DNA of 63,728 nt, counting the filler. It is 4 parts of 4 records of this genome, joined end to end, with 100 filler letters (N's around TTAATTAATTAA, not from the genome) between each part and the next. Parts side by side here need not be neighbours in the genome. Positions count along the whole stretch, not along the records: positions 21,354 to 45,131 come from SRR20825010_6164; 3 more parts are not named here. The stretch is one strand, 5' to 3'. The position numbers were made by a program, and so were the translations under genes. Shown here in pieces: positions 21,491-31,822 of this stretch. How positions within the stretch are numbered: position 1 is the stretch's first letter; the number at the start of each line of letters is the position of its first letter. The notes beneath the pieces are model-generated. The model was not told where the DNA came from, made no database searches, and worked only from the letters and a program-made list of their open reading frames with translations.

Positions 21491-22081
21491 TTATCGGGCG
21501 TTAAGCGCCTGCTGCACAGGCTCCGCCCACCCCTGCGGAAGGTGGCCGAGATAAGGCGCCAGAAGGTCGGGCAGGAACCAACCCAGCACCAATAAGACCA
21601 ACATGAACAAAAGAGCTAACACATTGATAAACCAGCACAAACCGCCCACCAGCATGACCACGGCGCTGACCGGTGGATTCGGCGTTCCGAAGCGGTTCAC
21701 CATGCTGCTGCCATCACCAAGATAGAGATAAAGCTGGAATGGCAAATTGACCAACGGCACAAACGCCAGGATGACCCACCAGCCACTTTTCTCCATATCG
21801 TGCAAACGGCGCACCAGAAGTCCGAGCTGGTAGACCAACAGCGCCAACGACACCACTGCGGCGACGCCCCAACCCACCCACTGCGGCAACAGTTCAACGG
21901 ATAACAACAGGAAAAGGGCAATCAGCAAGCCGGACAGCAGCGCAGCACCAAACTGGTAACACGCAAATCGCAGGCGGCCAAGCCGCTGCTGCAAGCTGAG
22001 CACAGAGAGAGACTCATAAACAATCATGCCCTTGCCCTGATAACCGGGCTTGAGTGATCCACCCCCGTAGGCATCATTCAT
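21491..22081 (-). CDS. DUF805 family membrane protein
   Basis: RLGRLRF, VRRLHDMEKSGW, NRFG; ATG overlaps the upstream stop. Confidence 0.85.
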   Translation of the reverse strand: MNDAYGGGSLKPGYQGKGMIVYESLSVLSLQQRLGRLRFACYQFGAALLSGLLIALFLLLSVELLPQWVGWGVAAVVSLALLVYQLGLLVRRLHDMEKSGWWVILAFVPLVNLPFQLYLYLGDGSSMVNRFGTPNPPVSAVVMLVGGLCWFINVLALLFMLVLLVLGWFLPDLLAPYLGHLPQGWAEPVQQALNAR

Positions 22082-22481
22082 TGTTTTCTCCCCCGGCATC
22101 ACCCTGCTCATTACGCCACTGTTGGTAGCGCTCCAGATCCGTGCGGGTCAGTTTAAGCGTGCGCGATATCACAGCGACATCATCTATTAGCCCCAACGCC
22201 ACAATCGGGTCAGGGATAGCGTCCAGCGGCATCAAAAAGTAAACCAGCGCGCCAGTGATCGTTAGCAAGGTACCCCAGGGAACCGTTCGGTATCGCCCGG
22301 TTACCCAATCCCGTAGCAACGATGCCAGCAAGACCAGGTCGGCAAAGGTATCTCCCAGCCTGGCCCTGAACTGGTCAGAACGATTGAACACCGCCTGGAC
22401 CAGCCAGCGGGTGGCCGTGGCAGAACGAAGGATTCGCCCCGCCCGGCGCCGGGCCTCGACCCGGAACGGATTAACCGGCAC
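22074..22481 (-). CDS. YkvA/DUF1232 family protein (start uncertain: GTG 22481 or ATG 22511)
   Basis: G.YR..PW, ALVYFLMPLDAIPD...LGLIDD. Confidence 0.85.
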   Translation of the reverse strand: MPVNPFRVEARRRAGRILRSATATRWLVQAVFNRSDQFRARLGDTFADLVLLASLLRDWVTGRYRTVPWGTLLTITGALVYFLMPLDAIPDPIVALGLIDDVAVISRTLKLTRTDLERYQQWRNEQGDAGGENNE

Positions 22482-23253
22482 TGATTTCCCTGAACAGCGC
22501 ACGGTATTCATCGGTAAGCTTGTGCCGTGGCTGCATATTGACCAGTGGTGTGGCTTTTTCGTGGGACTCTCGCATCACCACGCTGCTGGAGAGCTTGTTG
22601 GCAAGAATCGGCAACCCTTCTTCTTCGAGAGACGCCACCAACTCCTGTGGCAAACGCGCTCTGGGCTGATATTGATTCACCACAATGCCTTCCACCTGCA
22701 GGTCATCATTGTGGTCTTCCCGGGCTTCCTGAATATTTTCCAGTAGTGTGTACAGCGCCTTGCGGGAAAACGCATCGCAGTCGAAAGGAATCAGCACACG
22801 GTCGGCCGCAATTAGCGATGACAAGGTATAGAAGTTGTACGCAGGCGGGGTATCCACAAAAATTTCGTCGAAATCCTTCGCCAGTGCTTTGAGTAAACCG
22901 CGCAATTTATAGATCTTGTGTTTGGACTCAAGCATATGCTCGATTTCCCCCAGCTCGCCGTCAGACGGCAACACAAAGAGGTTTTCAAACGGCGTGGCAT
23001 GAACATAGTCACGCGGGTCTTTTTCTTTCAACCGAAACGACAGGGTCTGTGCAAAGAAAGTCCCGATATTCGGCTTCGGACCGTGGCCGTTGCTGTACGC
23101 CGGCATGCCCAACAAATACTGGCTGGCGTTACATTGTGGATCCAGATCGACAACCAGGGTGCGCTTGCCTTCCGACGCGCTGATCGCGGCCAGATTGACC
23201 GTGATACTGGACTTCCCCACGCCCCCTTTCTGATTGAACACCACTCTACGCAT
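22471..23253 (-). CDS. ParA/Soj family ATPase (orphan, no parB)
   Basis: NQKGGVGKS, DLDPQCN, DTPP. Confidence 0.92.
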   Translation of the reverse strand: MRRVVFNQKGGVGKSSITVNLAAISASEGKRTLVVDLDPQCNASQYLLGMPAYSNGHGPKPNIGTFFAQTLSFRLKEKDPRDYVHATPFENLFVLPSDGELGEIEHMLESKHKIYKLRGLLKALAKDFDEIFVDTPPAYNFYTLSSLIAADRVLIPFDCDAFSRKALYTLLENIQEAREDHNDDLQVEGIVVNQYQPRARLPQELVASLEEEGLPILANKLSSSVVMRESHEKATPLVNMQPRHKLTDEYRALFREISAG

Positions 23254-23347
23254 TCCTTGTTCTCCTTAAACAGCAAGTATTGGCGTTGCCGAATCATACA
23301 CAGCCTGCAAAGCCACTCACAGTGCCAAAGCGACAGCCACGACTTGC

Positions 23348-23400
23348 CGCTCAGACTGTCCACAGAAACTGTGGATAACCTGGTGAATAACCGCTGAGCG
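23348..23400. promoter_or_regulatory. DnaA-box cluster
   Basis: Perfect TGTGGATAA (23370-23378), imperfect CTGTCCACA (23356-23364) and GGTGAATAA (23382-23390), bracketed by CGCTCAG/CTGAGCG. Confidence 0.55.
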
Positions 23401-23591
23401 GAATCGGCAAACCGGGGTGAACCAGACGCAAGTTACGGTTCGATTAAAAAACACCCAGATTAAACGCTGGCACGAAATCTATTTACTTCCCCTTGCTGAG
23501 ATTTACCAATGGAGCTAAAAGTAAACACGATGTTTCGCTTTCCGGCGCATCACTCGCCAGCGTCGTTCACAGCTATTCTCAGGTGTTTTAT

Positions 23592-24935
23592 ATGTCTCAG
23601 CCATTTTGCGTGCCGCCAAGGACTAGCACTCTCAAGGCTATCCCCGGTGATGCGGGGCTGCCCCTTATCGGCCATACACTGGGTTTCATGCGCGATCCGA
23701 TCGGGTTAATGCGCAAACGCTACGATACCTACGGTCCGGTATCCTGGAGCAGCGTATTTGGTTTACGCATGATCCAGATGCTCGGCCCTGACGCCAACCA
23801 GTTCGTCATGCTTAATCGGGGTGATCTGTTTTCTAACCATGATGGCTGGGATTATTTTATCGGCCGGTTTTTCCATCGCGGCATCATGTTGCTGGATTTC
23901 GAGGAGCACCGCTGGCATCGCAAGATCATGCAGCAGGCCTTTAACAAGGACGTGCTGAAAGGCTATCTCGACCGCATGGGACCGCACATCGCCAGAGGAA
24001 TTCAGGACTGGCATAGCATCAATCAATTCAAGGTGCTTTCAGAGGTAAAGCAGTTGACCCTGGATCTGGCCACGGATGTGTTCATGGGCTATGAGCTGGG
24101 ACCGGAGGCAGACTCCCTCAACAAGGCCTTCGTGGATACGGTCCGTGCTGGCACCGCCATCGTACGTACCAACGTGCCCGGGCTACGCTGGTCCAAAGGG
24201 CTTAAAGGTCGGCGCGTTCTGGAAGCGTTTTTCCGCAAGGAATTACCCGCCAAGCGTACCAGCCAGGAGTCGGACCTGTTCAGCGCGCTGTGCCATGCCA
24301 GCACCGAGGACGGTGAGCGATTCAGCGACGATGATGTGGTCAACCATATGATATTTCTGATGATGGCTGCCCACGACACCACCACGATCACCCTCTCCAC
24401 ACTTTTCTACTATCTCGCCAAGAATCCCGAATGGCAGGAGCGGCTGCGCGAAGAGAGCCGTGCCTTGAACAAGCGGGAGCTGGAGTATGACGATCTACCC
24501 AAGCTGGAAGGTATCAGCCTGGCCATGAAGGAAGCCTTGCGGCTGTGCTCACCGGTACCCTCCCTGCCCCGCAAGACTGTCAAGGATGTGGAGTATGAGG
24601 GCTTCTTTATTCCCGCTGGCAGTTTTATCAACGTGGTCCCCTATTTCACCCATTATATGGAGGAATATTGGCCAGACCCGGAGCGCTTCGACCCGGAACG
24701 ATTCAGCCCTGAACGGCGTGAAGACAAGGTGCATCCCTATGCCTGGATGCCTTTTGGTGGCGGTGCCCACAAATGCATCGGCCTACACTTTGCAGACCTG
24801 CAAGTGAAAGCGGTTCTGCACCAGGTCTTGCTCAGCTATCGCTGGTCGGTACCCGCCGAATACGAAATGCCGGTGGATACCAGCAGCCTGCCGGTGCCTG
24901 CCGATGGTCTGCCGGTCAAACTGGAAAAAATATGA
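23592..24935 (+). CDS. cytochrome P450
   Basis: I-helix AAHDTT, EALR, PERF, heme motif FGGGAHKCIG; start placed at ATG 23592 after AGGTG. Confidence 0.95.
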   Translation: MSQPFCVPPRTSTLKAIPGDAGLPLIGHTLGFMRDPIGLMRKRYDTYGPVSWSSVFGLRMIQMLGPDANQFVMLNRGDLFSNHDGWDYFIGRFFHRGIMLLDFEEHRWHRKIMQQAFNKDVLKGYLDRMGPHIARGIQDWHSINQFKVLSEVKQLTLDLATDVFMGYELGPEADSLNKAFVDTVRAGTAIVRTNVPGLRWSKGLKGRRVLEAFFRKELPAKRTSQESDLFSALCHASTEDGERFSDDDVVNHMIFLMMAAHDTTTITLSTLFYYLAKNPEWQERLREESRALNKRELEYDDLPKLEGISLAMKEALRLCSPVPSLPRKTVKDVEYEGFFIPAGSFINVVPYFTHYMEEYWPDPERFDPERFSPERREDKVHPYAWMPFGGGAHKCIGLHFADLQVKAVLHQVLLSYRWSVPAEYEMPVDTSSLPVPADGLPVKLEKI

Positions 24936-24939
24936 AGCA

Positions 24940-25013
24940 AGTTACGAGTTACGAGAGCCATTAGGCTTCAATGAACGTTTCTTTTCGAAACTCGTTTCTC
25001 GTCACTCGATACT
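24940..25013. repeat. inverted heptamer repeats between convergent genes
   Basis: AGTTACGAGTTACGAGA (24940-24956) versus TCTCGTCACTCGATACT (24997-25013), 14/17 complementary; 7-bp period CTCGTTT/CTCGTCA/CTCGATA. Confidence 0.6.
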
Positions 25014-25021
25014 CATTGCCA

Positions 25022-26386
25022 TCAAGACGTAACCAGCACCGCCTGACGCATGGTTACCAGTTCTTCCGCCGCGGTTGGATGAATCCCCACTGTGGCATCA
25101 AAATCCGCCTTGGTGGCCCCCATCTTGATCGCTACCGCGAACCCTTGCGTAATCTCTGCTGAGTCTTCACCGGCCATATGCAGACCAAGCACCTTGTCGG
25201 TGGCATCGTCCACAATCAGCTTGATCAGTGAGCGCTCCTGCTTGTCCCCCAAGGTGTAACGCATGGGCCGGAACGCACTTTTATACACCCGCACCGCCGG
25301 CACGCGGGCCAACGCCTGCTCCTGCGTCAAACCAACCGTACCAATATTGGGGTGGCTGAATACGGCAGTGGCAATGTTGTGATAATCCATCGCCGCCTCA
25401 GGCTTGTGCTCACCATAAAGCTGCGCCGCCAGCCACATGCCCTCCGCCAGTGCCACCGGCGTTAATTGCACGCGATCAATCACATCGCCAAGCGCATAGA
25501 GACCGTCAATGCTGGTAGCAAAGCCGTCATCAACCTTGATAGCGCCACCCTCTGTCATGGTCGGCGCAGCGCCTTCAGCGAACAAGTCATCCAGCTTGGG
25601 GATACGCCCGGTGGCATAGAAGACTTCATCGAATACAGCCTGCTCACCGCTTTGATAGGTAACGTGTTTTTCGTCGTTGATCGCCTCAATACTGGCAACG
25701 TCCGCATTGAATTTCAGGGCTACGCCCTGCTCCTTCATCTGCTCGGCGATAAACTCACGAATGTCCTGATCGAAGCCACGCAGAAACAGATCGCCACGGT
25801 AGACCTGCGTCACCTGACAGCCCAGGCCGTGCAGGATGCCCGCAAACTCCGTGGCGATGTAGCCACCCCCCACCACGGCAACACGCTTGGGAAGCGAGTC
25901 CAGATAGAACAAGTCGTCGGAAATGCGCACATGCTCGCGGCCTGGCAAGTCCGGCACGAAGGGTTTGCCACCTACCGCCACCAGAATATGGCGCGCCGTC
26001 AGTACAGTTTCACCCACGGAAACCTTGCCGCCACCCAGTACCTGCCCGTGACCTTCAAAAATGGTCACCCCGGCCTGATTCAGGATCCGCTGGTAAATAC
26101 CGTTCAGCCGGCTGATTTCACGACTTTTGTTATCACGCAGTGTGGGCCAGTCAAAATCCCAGCCTTTCACGGTGTAGCCATAATCCTCAGCCAATGCGAA
26201 TTCCTGGGGGAAATGGCTGCCGTACGAAAACAGTTTCTTGGGCACGCAACCGACATTGACACAGGTGCCCCCGAAAAAACGCTCTTCGATAATCGCAACG
26301 TTGGCGCCATGGGAAGCAGCCATGCGTGCGGCGCGTACGCCACCTGAGCCGGCACCGATTACAACAAGATCAAATTCCGTGGTCAC
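25022..26386 (-). CDS. gor: glutathione-disulfide reductase
   Basis: GAGSGG, GGTCVNVGCVPKK, GGGYIATE, LTPVA, IHPT.AEE. Confidence 0.93.
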   Translation of the reverse strand: MTTEFDLVVIGAGSGGVRAARMAASHGANVAIIEERFFGGTCVNVGCVPKKLFSYGSHFPQEFALAEDYGYTVKGWDFDWPTLRDNKSREISRLNGIYQRILNQAGVTIFEGHGQVLGGGKVSVGETVLTARHILVAVGGKPFVPDLPGREHVRISDDLFYLDSLPKRVAVVGGGYIATEFAGILHGLGCQVTQVYRGDLFLRGFDQDIREFIAEQMKEQGVALKFNADVASIEAINDEKHVTYQSGEQAVFDEVFYATGRIPKLDDLFAEGAAPTMTEGGAIKVDDGFATSIDGLYALGDVIDRVQLTPVALAEGMWLAAQLYGEHKPEAAMDYHNIATAVFSHPNIGTVGLTQEQALARVPAVRVYKSAFRPMRYTLGDKQERSLIKLIVDDATDKVLGLHMAGEDSAEITQGFAVAIKMGATKADFDATVGIHPTAAEELVTMRQAVLVTS

Positions 26387-26474
26387 TGAAAACTCCTCTT
26401 CGTTTTGTTCATTGTGATGACTGCGACAATCAGCACAAACGCAGCCATTCGATAATGCTTATAGCTCCCGCCAA

Positions 26475-28049
26475 TTACGGACCGGTCCCAATGCCCTGCC
26501 AGCGTACAAACGGCTGCTTTTCACTGGGGCGACCCTCACGCAGATACAGGCCCGCTTCGACTTGCGGCCACAGTCGGTCCAGGGGAATCGACTCACCATT
26601 GCTGCTAAGCATACGAGCATGATACCGGCGTAACTGGCGAGGCTCGGTCACACCGCAAGAGTGGGCGATGGTTTCCACTTCCTTGACCAGATTGTTATGG
26701 AAGTACGCCACCCGCTGGGACTTTTCCGCCGGCACCAGCCCGCGCTGTAATCGCGGATTATGCGTGGTGACGCCAGTCGGGCAGGTATTACGGTTGCACT
26801 GCAGTGCCTGAATGCAACCCAGAGCAAACATATAGCCCCGCGCGGACACGCAGAAATCCGCTCCCACGGCTATCGCCCAGGCTACCATGCTGGGAGTTAT
26901 AAGCTTGCCCGACGCAATAATACGAATACGGTCTGTAAGGCCGTAGCCATCGCGAAGATCCACCAGTAACGGCAAGGATTCCGCCAGATACAAACCGACA
27001 TCATCCATCAATGACATGGGGGCCGCACCGGTACCGCCGTCACCACTGTCGATGGTGATAAAGTCTGGCGCCGACTCCAGACCACGCGCATGGATGGCCA
27101 GGAACAAGTCCTCCACCCACGCCCAGGCGCCGAGCACACATTTGATGCCAGTGGGCTTGCCGCTCACCTCGCGCACATGGGCAATCAAGTCCAGTAGATC
27201 TTCCGCGCTATGTACATCTGGCTGGCCATTGGGGCTAATGGACGCCTGACCTGCCGGAATACCGCGAATGTCGGCGATTTCCTGGGTGACTTTAGCGGCG
27301 GGCAGAATACCGCCCTTGCCCGGTTTGGCGCCCTGGCTGAGCTTGATCTCGATCATCTTGACTTGTGGCCGCGCCGCAATTGCAGCAAGCCGTTCATCAT
27401 TCAGGTTACCTTGCGCATCACGTACGCCGTAGCGAGCAGTGCCCACCTGAAAGACCACATCACAACCTCCTTCCAGGTGGTAAGGCGATAGCCCTCCTTC
27501 CCCGGTATTCATCCAGCAATTGGCAATAGCTGCGCCGTGGGACAACGCCTGAACCGCCGGACGCGACAGGGCGCCAAAGCTCATACCGGAGACATTAAAG
27601 AAACTATGCGCCACATAGGGCTGATCACAGTGCGGGCCAATCATCAAAGGCAGGGTTTTCGCCGCGTTCTTCTCCAGCGTCGGGTACGGGCAGTTCATGA
27701 AAATAACCCGTCCTGCCCCAATTTGCTTGGTAGACCCGAAAGCCATGGTGTTGCTCAGGTCCTTGGCGGCTCGGTAAACCCAGGCACGCTGCGCCCGGTT
27801 AAAGGGCAACTCCTCACGGTCCATGGCAAAGAAGTATTGTCGAAAAAACTCACCAAGAGTCTCGAAAAAGTAGCGAAAACGGCCGATGAGCGGGTAATTA
27901 CGGCGAATGGCGTGACGCTTCTGAAAAAAACGGTCTTGTAGCCATAACCCAACAGCCACCAGCGTTAGCAGCAACACCAGCAGTAAAAAGCCCAGCTCCA
28001 GCCAGGCAATGGTGCTGTTCAACCAGGGTTCCAGGTACTCAGGAAACAT
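26475..28049 (-). CDS. FMN-binding glutamate synthase family protein with N-terminal TM helix
   Basis: MSFGALS, NTGEGG, EIKLSQGAKPGKGG, GGTGAAP, CIQALQCNRNTCPTG. Confidence 0.9.
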   Translation of the reverse strand: MFPEYLEPWLNSTIAWLELGFLLLVLLLTLVAVGLWLQDRFFQKRHAIRRNYPLIGRFRYFFETLGEFFRQYFFAMDREELPFNRAQRAWVYRAAKDLSNTMAFGSTKQIGAGRVIFMNCPYPTLEKNAAKTLPLMIGPHCDQPYVAHSFFNVSGMSFGALSRPAVQALSHGAAIANCWMNTGEGGLSPYHLEGGCDVVFQVGTARYGVRDAQGNLNDERLAAIAARPQVKMIEIKLSQGAKPGKGGILPAAKVTQEIADIRGIPAGQASISPNGQPDVHSAEDLLDLIAHVREVSGKPTGIKCVLGAWAWVEDLFLAIHARGLESAPDFITIDSGDGGTGAAPMSLMDDVGLYLAESLPLLVDLRDGYGLTDRIRIIASGKLITPSMVAWAIAVGADFCVSARGYMFALGCIQALQCNRNTCPTGVTTHNPRLQRGLVPAEKSQRVAYFHNNLVKEVETIAHSCGVTEPRQLRRYHARMLSSNGESIPLDRLWPQVEAGLYLREGRPSEKQPFVRWQGIGTGP

Positions 28050-28338
28050 TCGCTCTCCTCGCTCGCTGTATTCGCAGCTGGGTGGCTCAAGGCGGAAATG
28101 TGCGCCAGCGCACTTGGGTCACCCCCAGCGCAATAGTATGATGTCAGTCCGTCGTTTTTGTTACGCTTGGCGGCCAGTGTGGTCAATTCGTCTGGTGCTG
28201 GCCAGAAAGAAAAAAGAATGGCGTTATCATGGGGGTAACGCTTGGCCATAAGCCAGAACGACGGAAGAACAACAAATTAACGGTGTTCACGGTGCCCAAC
28301 AAGCATCTTGCTACACCAGTGAAGGGGCACGGGGTTCA

Positions 28339-28995
28339 ATGCGGGTTTTATTGACCAAATCCTGGCTGTCGGGGGCTTTTGCGGCTGGCTGTATGCTAGT
28401 CGCCAGCAACAACGCACAGGCAGACAATATCTACAAGTACCGCGCTGCGGATGGCACCATCCTGTTCACCGATCAAGCTCAAGAACAGGTGGGCCAACAA
28501 TACACGCTGCTATCCGTTCGCAAAGGCTGGAGTTACACTCCGCGCGCCCTGTCCAACGCCCAGCGTGACCAGTACGACACCATCATTACCCAGGCGGCTA
28601 CCCGTTTCCGTGTAGACCCTGCACTGGTCAAAGCCGTTATCCATGCGGAATCGCTGTTCAACCACAACGCCATTTCACGGGTTGGCGCCCAGGGTCTTAT
28701 GCAGCTGATGCCCGAAACCGCGGCCTACTTGAAAGTCAGTAACCCTTTCGATCCGCGTGCCAATATCACTGGCGGCACGCAGTTCATTGCCTACCTGAAG
28801 AACAAATTTTCTGATCTCGACCATATTCTCGCCGCCTACAATGCCGGTGAAGGCAATGTGCGGCGCTATGGCGGCATTCCGCCTTTCAAGGAAACCCAGG
28901 CTTACGTGAAGAAGGTTAAGCAGTTACGCCAGCGCTACGCGCATCAATTTGTAGCCCAGCTGGGTGATGAAGAAACGGTTTTTGCGTCACGGTAA
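28339..28995 (+). CDS. lytic transglycosylase (SLT) with N-terminal DUF4124-like domain
   Basis: IYKY...DG...FTD; AVIHAES, GAQGLMQLMP, AAYNAG, ET..YV. Confidence 0.9.
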   Translation: MRVLLTKSWLSGAFAAGCMLVASNNAQADNIYKYRAADGTILFTDQAQEQVGQQYTLLSVRKGWSYTPRALSNAQRDQYDTIITQAATRFRVDPALVKAVIHAESLFNHNAISRVGAQGLMQLMPETAAYLKVSNPFDPRANITGGTQFIAYLKNKFSDLDHILAAYNAGEGNVRRYGGIPPFKETQAYVKKVKQLRQRYAHQFVAQLGDEETVFASR

Positions 28996-29064
28996 GCGCC
29001 TCACCACCCGCATTTTCGAACAAATGTCGGGTTACGCCTTTCAGGCAATGAGCCAAGCGCTCAA

Positions 29065-29361
29065 TCAAATCTCCACACCCAGCCACTGCCCATCATAATC
29101 AATTCGAAACTGCTCGAGCTGATAACTTGATGTCTGGCATTTACCGCTGCGCAGCGAAAACGTTAGTCCATGCCCCGGGCAACGCAATTGATCATTCATG
29201 ACCGTACAACGGTCGAGCGGAAAGTCCGCATGGGGACAGCGTCGCTGCATCAGCCAGGTGCGACCGTCTTCATGAATCAATAGCAACTCCTTGCGACCCA
29301 CGGTAACAGGCAGCCGCAGGCCGTCGTAAAGATCCATGATGCGGATAAGTCGATGAAACAT
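29065..29361 (-). CDS. small Rieske [2Fe-2S] protein
   Basis: CPH...CPGHG ligands; start at ATG 29361, downstream of the ppsA terminator. Confidence 0.85.
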   Translation of the reverse strand: MFHRLIRIMDLYDGLRLPVTVGRKELLLIHEDGRTWLMQRRCPHADFPLDRCTVMNDQLRCPGHGLTFSLRSGKCQTSSYQLEQFRIDYDGQWLGVEI

Positions 29362-29387
29362 TTGCCCCTCACCGGATTCCGTAACGT

Positions 29388-29413
29388 AAAAAGCCCGCAG
29401 AAGCGGGCTTTTT
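29388..29413. terminator. intrinsic terminator of ppsA
   Basis: AAAAAGCCCGC-AGAA-GCGGGCTTTTT perfect hairpin. Confidence 0.85.
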
Positions 29414-29449
29414 ACTGTGCTGCGAAGCAGCCGGTCGGTCAAGCCGACA

Positions 29450-31822
29450 TTAGTTGCCGTGCTTTTCCGCCAGATAGAACCAGGTATCCAGCACCGAATC
29501 CGGGTTAAGGGAAACAGACGAGATGCCCTGCTCCATCAGCCACTTGGCAAGATCCGGATGGTCTGACGGGCCCTGACCACAAATACCGATGTACTTGCCT
29601 TGAGCATTACAGGCGTCGATGGCCATCTTCAGCAGCTTTTTCACCGCCGGATCACGCTCATCGAACAGGTGGCTGACAATACCGGAATCCCGATCCAGGC
29701 CCAGCGTCAGCTGAGTCAAATCGTTGGAACCGATGGAGAAGCCGTCGAAGTGCTGCAGGAACTCATCCGCTAACAAGGCGTTGGTTGGCAGTTCGCACAT
29801 CATGATGACACGCAGACCGTTCTCGCCTCGCTTAAGACCGTTTTTGCCAAGCAGATCAATAACCTGCTCTGCTTCACCCACCGTGCGTACGAACGGCACC
29901 ATGAGTTCCACGTTGGTGAAGCCCATCTCATCGCGGACTTTCTTCATGGCACGACATTCGAGCTCAAAACAGTCGCGGAAGTTTTCACTGATGTAACGGC
30001 TGGCACCACGGAAGCCCAGCATCGGGTTCTCTTCTTCAGGCTCGTACAGCTTGCCGCCGATCAGGTTGGCGTATTCGTTGGACTTGAAGTCAGACAGACG
30101 CACAATCACTTTCTCAGGATGGAAAGCCGCTGCCAGGGTGGAAACGCCCTCAACCAGCTTCTCAACGTAGAAATCCACCGGATCGCCGTAACCGGCAGTC
30201 CGCTTGTCTACGTTCTGCTTCACGTCTTTGGGCATGGAGTCGTAGTTCAGCAGCGCCTTGGGGTGCACGCCAATCATACGGTTGATGATGAACTCCAGAC
30301 GGGCCAGGCCCACACCCTGGTTCGGCAAGCCAGCGAAATCAAAGGCCCGGTCCGGATTACCCACGTTCATCATGATCTTGAACGGCAGTTTGGGCATGGA
30401 CTGAATGGAGTTACGCTGAATATCAAACTCCAGCTGACCTTCGTAGATCTTGCCGGTGTCGCCCTCTGCACAGGAGGCGGTCACTTCCTGGCCATCTTTA
30501 AGAATATCAGTGGCGTCACCGCAGCCAACGATGGCCGGCACACCCAGTTCGCGAGCAATAATAGCCGCGTGACAGGTACGGCCGCCACGGTTGGTAATAA
30601 TGGCCGCAGCACGCTTCATAACCGGTTCCCAATCCGGGTCGGTCATGTCGGTTACCAGTACGTCACCAGGCTGAACCTTGTCCATTTCCTTGATGCTGGT
30701 TACCACGCGCACTTTACCCGCACCGATGCGCTGGCCGATGGAACGCCCTTCTACCAGCACTTTACCGGTCTGCTTGAGCAGGTAGCGCTCCATCACGTTC
30801 ACGTCGGAACGGCTCTTCACGGTCTCCGGGCGAGCCTGAACAATGTACAACTTGCCATCGTCGCCATCCAGCGCCCATTCGATATCCATGGGCATGCCAT
30901 AGTGTTTCTCGATCTCAATCGCCTGGCGTGACAGGTTTTCGATCTGCTCATCCGTCAGGCAGAAGCGAATGCGCTCATCCTTGTCCACGTCAACGATTTC
31001 AACAGACTTGCCCGCGCTGCCTTCAGCACCATAGATCATTTTTTGCATCTTGCTGCCCAAATTGCGACGCAACACAGCAGGCTTCTTGTTCAGCAGCGTT
31101 TTCTTGTGAACGTAGAATTCGTCCGGGTTTACCGCACCCTGTACGACCATCTCGCCCAACCCGTAGGAAGCAGTAATGAAGACTACGTCCTTGAAACCGG
31201 ATTCAGTATCCATGGAGAACATCACGCCAGCAGCGCCCGTCTCGGAGCGCACCATGCGCTGAACACCGGCGGAGAGAGCCACCAGTTTGTGGTCAAAGCC
31301 CTGGTGAACGCGATAGCTGATGGCGCGGTCGTTAAACAGGGAGGCGAATACCTCTTTAACCGCAATCATGACACTATCAACGCCACGGATATTCAGGAAG
31401 GTTTCCTGCTGACCGGCGAAAGACGCATCGGGGAGGTCTTCTGCCGTTGCGGAAGAGCGCACGGCCACGGGCAGGTCTGCGTTGCCTTCACCAATCTGGG
31501 CGTATGCATCACGGATAGCCTTGTCCAGCTCAGGCTGGAACGGCGCATCAACCACCCACTGACGGATCTCTTCGCCAGTCTTGGCCAGCGCTACCACATC
31601 TTCAACGTCCAGCGCAGACAGCGCTTCGTTGATCTTCTGGGTCAGGTTGTTGTGCTCAAGGAATTCACGGAAGGCTTCAGCGGTAGTAGCAAAACCGCCC
31701 GGAACGGAGACACCCGCTGCCGACAGATTGCTGATCATTTCGCCCAGGGATGCGTTCTTGCCGCCTACGTGCTCAACGTCATCTTTACCCAGGTCCTGAA
31801 ACCAGACTACATATTCCGCCAA
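29450..31822 (-). CDS. ppsA: phosphoenolpyruvate synthase
   Basis: [45 protein letters not shown] spacing favours TTG 31822 over ATG 31828. Confidence 0.97.
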   Translation of the reverse strand: MAEYVVWFQDLGKDDVEHVGGKNASLGEMISNLSAAGVSVPGGFATTAEAFREFLEHNNLTQKINEALSALDVEDVVALAKTGEEIRQWVVDAPFQPELDKAIRDAYAQIGEGNADLPVAVRSSATAEDLPDASFAGQQETFLNIRGVDSVMIAVKEVFASLFNDRAISYRVHQGFDHKLVALSAGVQRMVRSETGAAGVMFSMDTESGFKDVVFITASYGLGEMVVQGAVNPDEFYVHKKTLLNKKPAVLRRNLGSKMQKMIYGAEGSAGKSVEIVDVDKDERIRFCLTDEQIENLSRQAIEIEKHYGMPMDIEWALDGDDGKLYIVQARPETVKSRSDVNVMERYLLKQTGKVLVEGRSIGQRIGAGKVRVVTSIKEMDKVQPGDVLVTDMTDPDWEPVMKRAAAIITNRGGRTCHAAIIARELGVPAIVGCGDATDILKDGQEVTASCAEGDTGKIYEGQLEFDIQRNSIQSMPKLPFKIMMNVGNPDRAFDFAGLPNQGVGLARLEFIINRMIGVHPKALLNYDSMPKDVKQNVDKRTAGYGDPVDFYVEKLVEGVSTLAAAFHPEKVIVRLSDFKSNEYANLIGGKLYEPEEENPMLGFRGASRYISENFRDCFELECRAMKKVRDEMGFTNVELMVPFVRTVGEAEQVIDLLGKNGLKRGENGLRVIMMCELPTNALLADEFLQHFDGFSIGSNDLTQLTLGLDRDSGIVSHLFDERDPAVKKLLKMAIDACNAQGKYIGICGQGPSDHPDLAKWLMEQGISSVSLNPDSVLDTWFYLAEKHGN

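Noticed and set aside
23348-23400. Replication origin
   Set aside because: Only one perfect DnaA box, no clear unwinding element, and no dnaA/gidA/rep context
23468-23483. Sigma54 promoter before the P450 (TGGCACG)
   Set aside because: The -24 element matches but there is no TTGC at -12
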